DNA of 63,957 bases, counting the filler, from Pirum gemmata (Eukaryota), in NCBI GenBank assembly GCA_002812295.1. It is 24 parts of 24 records of this genome, joined end to end, with 100 filler letters (N's around TTAATTAATTAA, not from the genome) between each part and the next. Parts side by side here need not be neighbours in the genome. Positions count along the whole stretch, not along the records: positions 24,244 to 26,694 come from PDIN01006426.1; positions 26,795 to 29,161 come from PDIN01006427.1; positions 29,262 to 31,667 come from PDIN01006428.1; positions 31,768 to 34,185 come from PDIN01006429.1; positions 34,286 to 36,697 come from PDIN01006430.1; positions 36,798 to 39,213 come from PDIN01006431.1; 18 more parts are not named here. The stretch is one strand, 5' to 3'. Below are positions 25,301 through 39,142 of the stretch, piece after piece. The notes beneath the pieces were generated by a model, which was given only the letters and a program-made list of their open reading frames with translations, did not search any database and was not told the DNA's origin. The stretch's first letter is position 1, and each line of letters starts with the position of its first letter. The translations under genes and the position numbers were made by a program.

Positions 25301-25485
25301 GCAGAGTTATTTTTTTTTTAGTTACAATTTCATACATATTATCCAATAGTTGTTCTTTTGTTATAGAAGAATATTTAAACAGCCAATTACAAATGCATCA
25401 ATATTGTCAAATATGACAATTTTTCTTTCAGGACCGCTACTGGCTAGCTTTAGGCCGTAAAGTAGTTTTTTTCTTAAAAAATAGC

Positions 25486-26087
25486 TAGGCTTCTCCCAAT
25501 TCTGCTCTGTTTAAAAATCGAGATTTCGAGTCTATATGTTAATTAATAAAATTGAAATGTTCAAGCTTATAATTAAGTATTCAAACATATTTATTTCTTA
25601 ATAAACCCGAAAAATACGAAAAAAAAATATTTTTCGAACGGAGCTGAATTTTGGCTTTTTTTGACAGAAGAAATTCGAGTTTTCGGGTATGACGCTTTGA
25701 GCAGAATTGGGAGAGGCCTACTACTGGCTAGCCTTATTAAAAAGTAGTGTAATGGTAGGTTTCTCCCAATTCTGCTCTGTTTAAAAATCGAGATTTCGAA
25801 TCTATATATTAATTAATAAGTTTGAAATGTTCAAACTTACAGGAGAATTTTGGCTTTTTTTGACAGCAGAAATTTTTTTAAGTTTTTGGGTTTGAGAGTG
25901 TTTGAGCAGAACTGGGAGAGGCCTACTACTGGCTAGCTTTAGTAAAGTAGTACAATAGTTAGGCTTTTCTCCCAATTCTGCTCTGTTTAAAAATCGAGAT
26001 TTCGAGTCTATGTATTCATTAATAAGTTCGAAATGTTCAAGCTTAAAATTAAGTATTCAAATATATTTATTTGTTAATAAACCCGAA
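25486..26087. mobile_element. Tandem array of three MITE family F copies
   Basis: TIR TAGGCTTCTCCCAATTCTGCTC…GAGCAGAATTGGGAGAGGCCTA at 25486-25720, 25756-25925 (internal deletion) and 25960-26087 (truncated). Confidence 0.8.
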
Positions 26088-26112
26088 GTAGTAATAATAA
26101 TAATAATAATAA

Positions 26113-26196
<84 letters not shown>

Positions 26197-26200
26197 AATN

Positions 26201-26264
<64 letters not shown>

Positions 26265-26357
26265 AATAGTAGTAGTAGTAGAATAGTAGTAGTAGTACTA
26301 GTAGTGGTGGTGGGGGTGGTGGTAGTGGTAGTAGTGGTAGTAGTACTAGTAGTAGTA

Positions 26358-26555
26358 GTAACAATATCAATTGAGCTAATTCCCCTTTGTTGCATTTCTT
26401 GAAAATATTTTGTAATATATAATTATCCTTTCGTTAATTCTATCATTTTTACAACAAACACCTATCATAAACGATTATAAGTGACAGTTGCTTTTCTTTT
26501 AAAGATATTTTATTAAAATACACTTTCTATCTTTTTTACAACAACCATATTATGA
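26358..26555 (-). pseudogene. Frameshifted PPR-repeat remnant
   Basis: Allowing indels it reads GCCKKDR…VTYN.L.IGVCCKNDRINE…KIFQEMQQRGISSIDIVT. This matches the PPR consensus VTYNxLIxxxCKxGRxxEAxxxFxEMxxRG. Confidence 0.5.
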
Positions 26556-27828
26556 TCGATTAATTAAAAAAAGTTTAGTTACCTGGGTCACCGCCCATGT
26601 ACATGGGTTTTTAATATAAATAATATATTAATTAATATTATAATATATTATTTATTATAATATATTATATATTATTTTTGTTAATGATAAGTTTNNNNNN
26701 NNNNNNNNNNNNNNNNNNNNNNNNNNNNNNNNNNNNNNTTAATTAATTAANNNNNNNNNNNNNNNNNNNNNNNNNNNNNNNNNNNNNNNNNNNNTTAGGG
26801 TTAGGGTTAGGGTTAGGGTTAGGGTTAGGTATAGACTACTAAAGTACTACTAACAGTCTACTAACATAGACTTGTAGCTGTGGCCTAATTAGACGGGAGG
26901 TGTAGTTTATTAATAAAATATTATGATATATGATAATAATACCAGCTCTCTAAAGACATTTTTGCAGTGTAGTGGGACCAAGGACAAAATAATAAAGACC
27001 GTTTTGAAGCAGTGTTTTGAAGTCCTTAGAACAAAAAAGAAGTGAGAACTAGACTTATTTATATATTATAGAGTATTCTTGAAATTGGAAAATTAGTTAT
27101 TATAACATGATATTCTATATATTCTATAGACTATCTACGATATAGTATAATAGAATCTCAGAGTAGAGTTAGTAGAGGCTGACTCTAATAATCGATAATT
27201 CTACTGAGCTACTACTCAGGAGTCAGAACCAAAAAGGCGCTTATGAATACTCGATGAATAGGTACAATGCAACGACAATGCAACGACAATGCAACAGTAC
27301 ACACACATGTCACATGTATAGGTAACATTATTCATTGGCTATATTTGTTTATTAAAATTTTATTAGCCGATATTCCTTTTCCATTCTTCACGATGTCTAG
27401 CTACAAGTATTTGATTGGCTATTTTACAGTTTTTCAGGAAAAATCACTTCAGCATCAGCCATTTGGCACCATTCTTTTACCATCCGCCAATGAAAAAAAG
27501 CAATATAGAAATCTTGTTCTTTTTTGGAAACCTTGATATTTATTTATAACTTCAATATCCACTCTACTAGAATATCCACTGTTGCGGATAAATTGGAGTT
27601 GATAAAGAGCTGGGGTCTTTGATAGATAAAAAAGGGAGCGTTAGAATACTACGTCACGTCAAGGGGTAGGTAGGTAGGTGGTATTTGACCGGAAATTAAC
27701 ATCGAGGGGTAGGTAGGTAGAGGTAGTTGAAGCTGTATTTGACCAGAAGTTGGCGTTATGTAGTATTTGAATGCTCACTAAAGTTGGATACTACTAGCTA
27801 GCTAGACCGATATTGCTAACTACTATAC

Positions 27829-28054
27829 TAGGAGGGATGAGATGACGTCATCTTACTAATTGGATGCTCGGACCGGCGAACTTCCAGAAATTTGCCTAAA
27901 GTTACTATAAATAGTATAATAAACTCTTTTTAAAGTAANNNNNNTACTAAATAAATAATTACAAATACTAAATATGGTAAGGCGAAACAGGCGAACAACA
28001 TTTACTTTGTGCCTCGGTCAAAAAAGTTCGCCATAAGAGTTCTCACCCCTCCTA
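27829..28054. mobile_element. MITE related to family B
   Basis: TAGGAGGGATGAGATGACGTCA…TCTCACCCCTCCTA, flanked by the direct repeat TACTATAC. Confidence 0.65.
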
Positions 28055-30374
28055 CTATACTGGTAAAGCTCTAAAGTCTAAATACCTGTCTAAATCCCCA
28101 AAAAGTGATTTTTTTTTTTTAAAAAAAAAATTAACGCAGGTTTGAGAAATTTTAATTAGGATGAGAGGTTATAGTGTGATTATTCCACTGTAGCTTGCAC
28201 TTGCAGCTATGATACAGACCTCTATATAATACCCCTTTACTCCTTTATATAGGGTACTGGTAAGACCCGTGTGATAGACTGTGATAGTCTACTAGTCTAC
28301 TACCTAGGTGCGGGTGGGTCTAGGCAGGTGGGTAGCACTGGGTACTAGACCTAGTACTGGTAGACCCAGTGCTACTCCCTTACCAATACTACTATCGTGC
28401 TTTTCATTTGTTTTATCACTCTAAAATATTTATTTGGTGAGTTACAGTATTTAAAAATTGATATTTTTAAATCAATACATAGATAATAAAACATACCAAA
28501 CTGTATCAAATGTGTTTATATTGTATTTATTTGGTACTCTTTATTGTATATTTTATTATGACAAAATAACTGAAAACCACTATAATATCATAGTAGCTAG
28601 GTAGACTCAATCATGCGTAACGTCAATTTCCGGTCAAGTACAGCTTCAAATACCCCTACCTACCTACCCCTTAATTAACACTCCTTGACGTTAATTCCTG
28701 GTCAAATATTAATACCGCCTACCTACCTACCCCATGACGTGACGTATTATGTGAATGCTCCCATAGATACTATCGGATACTACATAGCACTTTTCATTTA
28801 TTTTATCACTCCGAATATTTATTTGGTTGTTTATAATATTTAAATTGATACTTTTAAATAAATAAATATATAATAAAATATACAAAATTAAATAAAATGG
28901 ATTTATATAGTATTAAATTGGTACTCTTTATTGTATATTTTATGATGACAAAACAACTAAAAAGCACGATAGAACTGCTAGGTTAGGTCTACTTTACTCT
29001 AACTAGATTGTCTAGCTAGCTAATGGTTGCTAGCTAGCCTAACTACGACTAGTTAGCTAGACCAAATCTGAGGCCTAGCTAACCTAACCCAAACCCTCTA
29101 ACCCTCAGCTCTAACCCTTAACCCCCTCTGACCCTAACCCTAACCCTAACCCTAACCCTAANNNNNNNNNNNNNNNNNNNNNNNNNNNNNNNNNNNNNNN
29201 NNNNNTTAATTAATTAANNNNNNNNNNNNNNNNNNNNNNNNNNNNNNNNNNNNNNNNNNNNATAAATAAAAAAAAATAAAAATAAATAAAAATAAATACA
29301 CTTAGTCTATATAATAATATTATTATAATAATATAATTATCACAGTTATATCACGATATTAGGTACGTAGCTACAACAAGTAGCTACAACTAGCTAGCTA
29401 GTAGCTAGCTAGCTATTATTACTACTAGCTAGCTAGCTAGGATTGTTTTTCGAGTATTTGTCTTTGGCTAGCTAGCTAGCTAGTTGTCTTTGGCGTCTAA
29501 CTACTAGCTAGACTGCTACTAGCTAGCTAGATGTAGCTAGCTAGCTTATCAGATAGTAGTTATGATACTAGCTAGTATCATAATAATATTATCATATATT
29601 ATTATATCATATAACTATCCCCCCCGATATGATAGCTGTCAGATAGCTACTACTATCGATAGTAGAGTAGGTACTGTAGCTACTATTGTGCTTTTTATTT
29701 ATTTTGTCACTTTGAATATTTATTTAGAGGGTTATAATCTTTAAATTGACATTTTTAAATCAATAAATAGATAATAAACTATACCAAATTAAATTAAATG
29801 GATGTATATTTTATTAATTTGGTACCCTTTATTGTATATTTTATGATGACAAAATAACAGAAAAGTAGCTGTAACTACTCTAGCTAGGCACCATATTGAT
29901 ACTACTAATAAAGGGAACTTTTTTTTTTTAAAAAAAAAATATATATATTTATAAATTTAATAATATAATAGTTTTATAATATATATCATACTTCTTATAA
30001 ATATGATAAATCTATCATAGTAGTAGTCTATGATCAAAACATGTACAATAATCTAAAAAATAGATTAATTGTTATTGTTATCGATATTTTATACTGATAT
30101 CGATAATATTGTATATATTATTTTATTTATTAATAAATATTAATATGATAATATAACTACTTTTAATAAATAACCATTGATACATGTACAAGTTAACGTT
30201 ATATATAACTATGAGAACTAAAAGAGTTTAGTTCTCATGACTTCTCATGCTATAACGTTAACTGCTTTTTATATGATATCAACAAGTTAAATAGAGTACT
30301 GGCTAGAGCTAGCAATTTTAAAAATAAAAGCATTTCTTTGGATAATTAAAATTTTGGGCAGAGTTCATAATTTA

Positions 30375-30511
30375 GGGAGCGTTCAAATACTACGTAACGC
30401 TTCAAATACCCCTAGCTAGCTACTCTAGCTACCTACCCCTCGACGTTAATTTCCGGTCAAATACCACCTACCTATCTACCCCTTGACGTGACGTATTATT
30501 TGAACACTCCC
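30375..30511. mobile_element. MITE family A (~140 bp, GGGAGCGTTCAAATA TIR, internal direct repeat; Harbinger-like)
   Basis: TIRs plus an internal ccggtcaaatac/ctacctaccc repeat. Other copies at about 12205-12330, 27634-27778, 28614-28762, 33343-33452, 35670-35809, 40553-40690 and 62623-62890. Confidence 0.85.
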
Positions 30512-31853
30512 TTTAATACGATATATATACTGATATATTATTTATATACATATGGAACCAGATTTGTGTCTTTCGGCTCTTGAACATTATAATATAATTA
30601 TTATGGTGTATTAGTATGATAATGAAGTTAGACTAGATAGTGCCTACAGCTAGCTAGACAGTCTTACTACTACTAGCTTAGCTAGACTCTAGCTACTAGC
30701 AATAGCACTACCTATAGTCTAGTTAGTACCTATAGTCCTATAGTAAATGAGCTTTTAAAAAATCCTCGTTTACTAATTACATCGATATCAATAATATTTT
30801 TTACATCAATTATTCATAATAATGATAAAAAAAATCGATTAGTAAAATTTTATATTAATTAAAATATATGATTTATAATATTATTACAATAATTATGATA
30901 CGTATACATTATTATGATATTAATTATCGATAATATCATATTATATAAAAATAGCCACATAGTAGCTAGGAGTGACTACTACTACTAGCTAATATGATAT
31001 TATAACAAGTATAATATTATTAGTATATTAGTCTATTGTAGATAAAAAAAATCTATTGATATTGACCTAGCTACTAGTAGCTGGTGGCAAGCTAGCTAGT
31101 AGTCTCTGTGATATTAACTAGCTAGATGATATTAAATAGGGGAATAAAAATAATTTTTAAAATAAAAAAAAATAAATAAAAAAAACATCAAAAAAATGTA
31201 CCTAGCTAGCTAGCTAGCTAGAGTATGATAGTTATTCTCAGGATAGTTACTATGATCATAATTATCATAATAATAATAATTATTATTATCATACAGATTC
31301 ATACTATCAATACTAGCTAGCTAGTAGTAGAGGTAGGTATCCGGTTTCAAGTCTGACTGTCTGCGATCGCAAGGGTTTTTTTTCTTTTTTGTATGTAGTC
31401 TATAGGAACTTTATTAAAAAAAGAAATACAATGCTATTATTGGTTTAATCCTTTTTTTTTTCGTAAAAAAATGGTAAGAAATAGGAAAAACCAAGCTTTT
31501 AGAAAATATTACAATAGTGACGTAGTTGGCAACCCTATTTTTTTGTTTTTTTTGTTTGTTTGTTTTTTTGTTTGAGATGTTAGTTGTCTTTTACTTGTTT
31601 TTTTCTCCAAAATTACACAAATTTTTTTTCCAGCTAGATTATTATTATTATTAGTATTATTATTATTNNNNNNNNNNNNNNNNNNNNNNNNNNNNNNNNN
31701 NNNNNNNNNNNTTAATTAATTAANNNNNNNNNNNNNNNNNNNNNNNNNNNNNNNNNNNNNNNNNNNNATAATAATAATATAATAATAATAATTATTATTA
31801 TTAATAATAATAGTAGTAGTAATACTAATATATATTAATGTAATAATTTAACA

Positions 31854-32817
31854 ATGACAAATAATAACCTTACCAACAAAAAAACTGTGATAAACATAAT
31901 TCACAATGGTAATTACAAATGCGACACCCAAAAAACCGAAAACAAAAACAAGATAATTAGCAAAGAGTCGGGGAAGTTATTATTTAAAAATAATCTCTTA
32001 CGAAGAAATATTTTAAAATGGTGCTATTCCGTTAAGCATGCTATAGATAACGATATTGTATGGGTTTTTGAGCAGCATCGCTACAATGGTAGTCTTTATG
32101 TAGTAGTGCACGAGCAAGAGTTGTATGACAGTGGATTGAATGAAAATGATGATGAGGATATGAAGCTGTATGTGTCTGCTTTTGATTATTGTTGTAGTGT
32201 TGGTTCTTTGAATGTGTTGAAATATTTTCATCATGCAAACGTTAAAGGTTGCACCAAACTATCTATGTCTTTAGCAGCAATGAAGGGCAATATGGCTTGT
32301 GTTCAGTTTCTTTATGAACATCGAAATGAAGGTAACATTATAATATTACAGTAGTAACCATCCTCTCCCCCACCCCCACCTTCACCCCCATCCCCACCCT
32401 TACCCTCACCACTCACCACCTTCACCGCCACCATCACCGTCACCACCACCCCTATCATAACCACCACCACTCTAGATCTCAACCCCACCCCTAACCTCAC
32501 CACCACCGCCGCGCTTAACATTTATAATTAACTAAACTTTACTATATATATAGACGTTAAATTGATTATTTGCATTCTTAAATATATATATATATAGCAA
32601 AAATCGAATATAACCGGATTTTTGCTATATATATATATTATGCGAAAATTACCACTTTTTTGCTATATATATATATTAATAATATATTAATGGCAATAAA
32701 ATAAATTTATCAGGAATCTACGCGGAAGCTATGGAATCTGCAATGTGTAATGGTTATCTGAATGTCGTGAATTTTTTGCAGGAAATCGTATTAATTAAAA
32801 ATTTCTCAAATTTATAA
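31854..32817 (+). CDS. Ankyrin-repeat protein, two exons (31854-32331 and 32714-32817)
   Basis: GAA G|gtaaca…ttatcag|GA ATC. Repeats are AFDYCCSVGSLNVLKYF, SMSLAAMKGNMACVQFL and AMESAMCNGYLNVVNFL; TAA stop. The true start is uncertain. Confidence 0.75.
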
Positions 32818-33525
32818 AAGGCTTGACTGGAAAGGGTATTGTAAAACTGTCGTAAAGCTATTTTTTTAGCTACTTTGGATTATAAAGATTCGTATAGATA
32901 TATATAATTATAATACTCATATAATCTCCTCATATAATTATGAAGTTTGACAAAAATCTCAAACCCCCTATACAATATTATAGCTCCCAAAAGATAACAA
33001 AGTGTAGATAACAATAACCAAAACCATTAGTCACACCTGGAATCTTCAAACAGTATTATAAGAAAAAGCAAAAACTCTGACTCAGGCAGTCTACAGTCAC
33101 TCTACACTGACACTCAACTCCTCTCTACAGCAGCAATCCTAATTAGTATATCTGAGTGCTAAATATCATTGTAACTGTAAAAAACTGATAAAAATTTCGA
33201 TCGAGAATGATTCTCGTGATCGAGCATAGTTCACTAAGCATTTTATTCAAGCCGAGCTTAAATAAATGTCAATGAACCTTTCGAATAATAACTCGATCAG
33301 ACTACTCGATCCTTTCTTTCAATAATTTATAAATGTCGAATAGCTGCAAATACCCCTACCTACCTACCCCTAGTCTATCTACCCCTCGACGTTAATTTCC
33401 GGGGTCAAATGCTACCTACCTACAGTCTACCTACCTACCCCTTGAACGCTCCCGCTGAAGAAAAAGAGAAAATAAAAGCGTCCATAAATTACGGTTTTTC
33501 ATTTATTTATTTTTTATGTTATATG

Positions 33526-33652
33526 CATGGAGATGAGGAAAAAATCATCGAATCGAGACTAGTTCGAAACTTTCTAAATTATTTTTCGTATTGACTCACT
33601 TTTGGTTAGAATCGAGCTATTTGATTCGATTATATTTTCCCATTTCTCCATG
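33526..33652. mobile_element. MITE family G
   Basis: GGAGATG..GAAAA..ATCGAATC…GATTCGAT..TTTTCCC..TCTCC. A longer copy lies at 37803-38024 and a partial one at 37702-37743. Confidence 0.65.
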
Positions 33653-33845
33653 ACATAAAAAAAGAGGGTAATTAAAAAAAGGAGAGGGTACACAGCAGTA
33701 GAGTAGTAGACTAGGTGAAAAAAAGGTATTTTTAGAGGTAATAAATAAAATATTATGTTCTCTAACATTTTCAACGTAATTTATGAACGCTCCCCAGTAG
33801 CATTTACAGAAGTCATGCAACTAGAGAGTCATGCAATGTGGAAAA

Positions 33846-33896
<51 letters not shown>

Positions 33897-34310
33897 NAAA
33901 AAAAAAAAAAAAAAAAAGTGGAAAAAATAAAAAGGTGAAGAGCCATGTTAAAATCTCATATTTATTATCTGAGATATTATGATATTATATGTTTTTTTTA
34001 TTTATCGAATATAAATATTTTCAATTTCTATTATAGTCTATTTAAGAAACAGTAACAATATTTTAAAGGTACATACCAGAATTGTAGTAGTAGTAGTTGT
34101 TGTTTATGGGGCTTTTATAATGGTCTTCTATTGTACTGATATTGCTGATGGTCAATGGGGTTAGGTTGGGGGTTAGGGGTTAGGGNNNNNNNNNNNNNNN
34201 NNNNNNNNNNNNNNNNNNNNNNNNNNNNNTTAATTAATTAANNNNNNNNNNNNNNNNNNNNNNNNNNNNNNNNNNNNNNNNNNNNTTATTTATTATTGTT
34301 ATCATGATGA

Positions 34311-34812
34311 ATTAGAAGGCAAAGATTAGAGATGTTGAACTGATTATCCAAAATCTTAAGTTAATGTTGTATTGATACAACAAAATCTTAAGGAAAATGT
34401 ACTGAATAAACAAAATCTTAAGTGAATGTTGTATTGCAGTGTGTATTATATTATATGTAGTTACAATAACAATAACAACATAACAGCAATAATAATAATA
34501 GTAATAATAAACCAATTATTAAAGTATGAATCAACTACTTTTATAACCTATTAGAAGGCAAAGATTAGAGATGTTGAACTGATTATCCAAAATCTTAAGT
34601 GAATGTTGTATTGATACAACAAAATCTTAAGGAAAATGTACTGAATAAACAAAATCTTAAGTGAATGTTGTATTGAAGTGTGTATTATATGTAGTTACAA
34701 TAACAATAACAACATAACAGCAATAATAATAATAGTAATAATAAACCAATTATTAGCTTCGAACAAGCAATTTAGAGAGTGTTAAGTATGAATCAACTAC
34801 TTTTATAACCTA
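34311..34812. repeat. Recent tandem duplication, period ~239 bp
   Basis: attagaaggcaaagattagagatg… starts at 34311 and 34550, near-identical. Confidence 0.85.
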
Positions 34813-35379
34813 TTTCGAACCTGTAGAATCCGAATTTCGGGGTTAGAAACGCTCAAGTATAAAAGAAAAGGTAGGTGTTATAATAGAGAAGTGAAAAAAA
34901 CATCATTTTTTTGGTTCGAATCGAAAATTTTTAGACATTTTTCTATTTGACAAATACTAACGCGTCATTGCGCAATGACAGCGCTTGCTGACGAATAGAG
35001 AGTAGTATCATAGAGGAGTACCAGTATGATAATGATAGAGAGGGTCTAGAATAAAAGACAATGACAAGGAAGCGGCAGCAGATTATGATACTATGATACT
35101 ACTGTATTATCATAGCTAGCTATCGTGCTTTTCAATAGTGCAGTTCAAAAACTGAAATAAACGTACCAAATTATTATTATGGATAACCTATCAGACTTTT
35201 TTTAATTAATTTGGTATTTTATACTTAATGTTTTATTTTATAAACAAGTTCAATTATACACTTAAACAGTACCAAATTAAAGATTGGGAGGACAACCCCT
35301 ATCATGTCTACCATAGCTAGCTAGCTAGGTCCGATACTCTACTATCATACTAGCTAGAGTTAGCTAGCTAGCTATGATA

Positions 35380-35611
35380 AGTAGGGGTGAGATGACGTCA
35401 TTTTATTATTACCGAGCAGCTTCCGGAACTTTTCCGATTTTATGGTTTTTATTACTATTAATGTTAATATTATTACTTTAATTGGTATCTACTATAATTA
35501 GATTTACTATTTAAGCTACTTAACTGCTATTATTAGTAAGAAACACGGAACTAAGGTTGGCTCGATAAGCATCTGTTCGAAAAAGGTTCCAGTAGATATC
35601 TCACCCCTACT
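35380..35611 (+). mobile_element. MITE family B (hAT-like)
   Basis: TIR AGTAGGGGTGAGAT…ATCTCACCCCTACT. No intact TSD on this copy. Confidence 0.85.
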
Positions 35612-36154
35612 ACCGCTTCTCAGGTATTTGAACTGTAGTTGAATATAACTAGAATATCATATTTATAGAGGGAGCGTTCAATTATAACGTAACGCCAATT
35701 CCGGTCAAATACAGCTTCAAATACCCTAAATCTACCACTTAACGTTGATTTCCGGTAAAATACCACCTACCTACCTACCTATAACGCGACGTATTACTTG
35801 AACGTTCCCTAACTGGTAGCTATGATACACTACTAGCTAGTAGGCTAATCTATCGCTAGCTAGCTAGAGTCTATGTCATACCAGTAGTGGTAGAAAAAAT
35901 ATCGATACTTCGAAGTTCGAAAACCGATAATGAAAATAATAATTACCAAATTAATATTATTATGATATATATTATCTAATATGGGATACTTAATTCCTTT
36001 TTAGTACTTTTAAAAACAAAATTAGTAACTTTTATAAACTGCCAAATTTTAAAAAATGAAACAAATTCCACAAATATTCGAGACTTGTTTGAGCTTGTAG
36101 TGAGCTGACCGAGTAGCTGTAGTGTAGCTGTGATAATATTATCATAGTCTATGT

Positions 36155-36385
36155 AGTAGGGGTGAGATATCTACTGGAACTTTTTTCGAACAGATGCTTA
36201 TCGAGCCAACCTTAGTTCCGTGTTTCTTACTAATAATAGCAGTTAAATAACTTAACATAGTAAATTTAATTATAGTAGTTACCAAGTAAAGTAATAATAT
36301 TTACATTAATAGCAATAAACCTTAAAATCGGAAAAGTTCCGGCAGCTGCTCGGTAATAATAAAATGACGTCATCTCACCCCTACT
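36155..36385 (-). mobile_element. MITE family B (hAT-like) with 8-bp TSD
   Basis: GTCTATGT|AGTAGGGGTGAGAT…ATCTCACCCCTACT|GTCTATGT. Confidence 0.9.
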
Positions 36386-36837
36386 GTCTATGTAGTTTTA
36401 TGTATGATACCTTAGAAAAAAAAAACTTATTTGCTTTTCTCAGTTGTCAATTTGGTATTGTTTAAGTGTAAAACTGATCTTATTTATAAAATACTTAATT
36501 ATTAAAACTTACCCAATTAATTAAAATTTGCCTAATTATTTCCGATAATTATAATTTGGCATGATATAGCTAGCCAGCTAGCTAGCTAGTAGTTTAGCTA
36601 GTCTAGCTAGCTGCTCTACTAGCTGCTCTAGCTAGATACCGATAGCGAGAAAGGAATTTTTTTTTTTTTTTTTTGAATTTTTTTTTTTTTTTTTTTTNNN
36701 NNNNNNNNNNNNNNNNNNNNNNNNNNNNNNNNNNNNNNNNNTTAATTAATTAANNNNNNNNNNNNNNNNNNNNNNNNNNNNNNNNNNNNNNNNNNNNTAA
36801 TAATAATAATAATAATAATAATATAATTAATATGTAG

Positions 36838-37604
36838 AGTGTGCAGTCACACTAGATAAAGAACAAACTTCCCCACGAGGCTATGTAACTCTTGAAATAA
36901 CAAAGACTGCAGAAGTAGAAAGGAAAAAGACCGAAGCAGACTCTGCTGCTGCCGAAGATCCTACTGGTAACTTTTACTCTGATACATAAGCATAAGCATA
37001 GGCATAAACATAAACATAAGCATACGCATAAGCATAAGCATAGTCATAACCATAACCTTAGTCATAACCATAACCATAACCATAACCATAACCATAACCA
37101 TAACCATAACCATAACCATAACCATAACCATAACCATAACCATAACNAACCATAACTATAACTATAACCATAACCATAATCGTAACCATAGCCATAAGCA
37201 TAAGCATAAGCATAAGCATAAGCATAAGCATAAGCATAAGCACAAGCACAAGCATAAGCACAAGCACAAGCATAAGCATAAACATAAACATAAGCATAAG
37301 CATAAGCATAAGCATAAGCATAAGCATAACCATATTTGTTTGTTTGTTTGTTTTTTTGTTTTGTGTTGTTTGTTTGTTTTATTTATTTATTTGTTTATTT
37401 GTTTGTTTTGTTTGTTTTGTTTTAGGTCTGGGAGAGTTGGAATCGCTCATGGAAGCGATGCGGGAGGATGACATTTCGGAAAATTCTGAAACAGAAAGTG
37501 AACACTCGCATAACATCGTGCATAGAGAGAGCAGTCAAAAATCTGATCGTAGGATTTTTTCTCCAGCTAAAAAAACTAAATCTCCAAAATCAAAAAATTT
37601 ATAA
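36838..37604 (+). CDS. Last two exons (36838-36966 and 37426-37604) of a hypothetical protein
   Basis: tgtag|AG…ACT G|gtaact and tttag|GT CTG are phase-compatible. The intron is filled with (CATAAC/CATAAG)n. Confidence 0.55.
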
Positions 37605-38625
37605 AAATAAACTTTTTTTTTTTTTTTTTTTTTAAACCTCCAAAATCAAAAAAATTATAAAAATAAAAACCTTTTTTTCTAAACTTCCACAAAATCAAAA
37701 AGGAGATGCAGGAAAAACCATCGAATCGAGACTAGTTCGAAGCTAAAAATAAAAACCTTTTTTTCTAAACCTCCAAAATCAAAAAAAATATTGGATGAAC
37801 TAGGAGATGTGGGAAAACCATCGAATCGAGACTATTTCGAAACTTTCGAAATTTTTCGATCTAATTTTTAAGTGTTAACTCACTTTTGATTTTATTAAAA
37901 ATTCTTAAAAATTGTTAGGAATTTCATAGAAAAAACTTGAAACTCGAAAAAAAGGAATATCATTTCAAAATTTTCACTAATTAAGATCGAGGTGTTTGAT
38001 TCGATAATGTTTTCCCGTATCTCCCGGGTGAATTATTGTTTATTTATAATTTAATAAATGTATTTTTCAATTTACAAATCGTGTAATAGTTAATGGATAA
38101 AAAAAAAAAAAAAAAAAAAAAAAAAATAATTGCAAATCGAACCTACAATATCGATTTAATAATAATAATAATAATACAGTAACTTTCAAGCCTTAAATTG
38201 AAATTTATATGAAGCCAGAAAGCCCTGAACTGAAATTTTTATAATAAATCGAGATTAAGTTCTCGCCTAAAAACAAGTTAAAGTCTCGATGTAATAATGA
38301 AAAAATCAAAAAATCTACATATAACATCGACTCGAAATATTTCGAGCTTCTTTAAGTGTGTGTACATTAACAGCTATATGTGTATTTTAATTTATTTATT
38401 TTTTTTTTAAAAAAAAAAATTAAAAAAAATAGAAAGTAATTATTAAATATATTACATAAGTTTCTCAAACTTTCGAATGAACTATTTATTATCAACTACT
38501 TAATATGTATTTTTCAAGTTCTCCTTGAACTTACCAAGTTACTAATCATACATTATTTAATGGATACAATTTGAGTAATTTGCTATTATTGAAAATATCC
38601 TGGTATAACAAAACACACCACCACC

Positions 38626-38657
<32 letters not shown>

Positions 38658-38956
38658 CAAAACAGCAGCACTTAAAGTAGAAGTCAAATGTACCAAACCA
38701 AGACTGGGGGTATGGAACGAGACTACTAAAACCCTAACATTAAATTTTTAAATATTAAAATAAAATTGAAAGTAATAAAATTGAAAGGGACACAAAAACT
38801 GAAATTCACGATGCATATAATATATTATATATATATAATACATCATAATGATGTATATACTAAAAAAAAAGCAAATTACTTATGTTTGAAATTTTAAGCT
38901 CGAGTTAATCAAATGTAATCTCAAAAATTCGAAAATATTAATCGTTTTGTTATTTT

Positions 38957-39142
38957 TTATAGTAAATTTTTAATTTTACATAATTCCGCGTTCATTAAAG
39001 CTCCACCAGCAGCACCAATAATAGTATTATGAGATAATACAATGAATTTGAAATCCAAAATCGAACACTCCCTTATACGACCAACTACCACCCCGAAACC
39101 TTTTCCAACCTGTCGATCTAGACGAGGTTGGGGGCGGTCATT
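38957..39142 (-). CDS. HOM2: Aspartate-semialdehyde dehydrogenase, last exon (absent from the ORF track)
   Basis: ctag|AAT GAC… reads [61 protein letters not shown]. This matches the fungal-type ASADH C-terminus ([25 protein letters not shown]). Confidence 0.92.
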   Translation of the reverse strand, partial: NDRPQPRLDRQVGKGFGVVVGRIRECSILDFKFIVLSHNTIIGAAGGALMNAELCKIKNLL

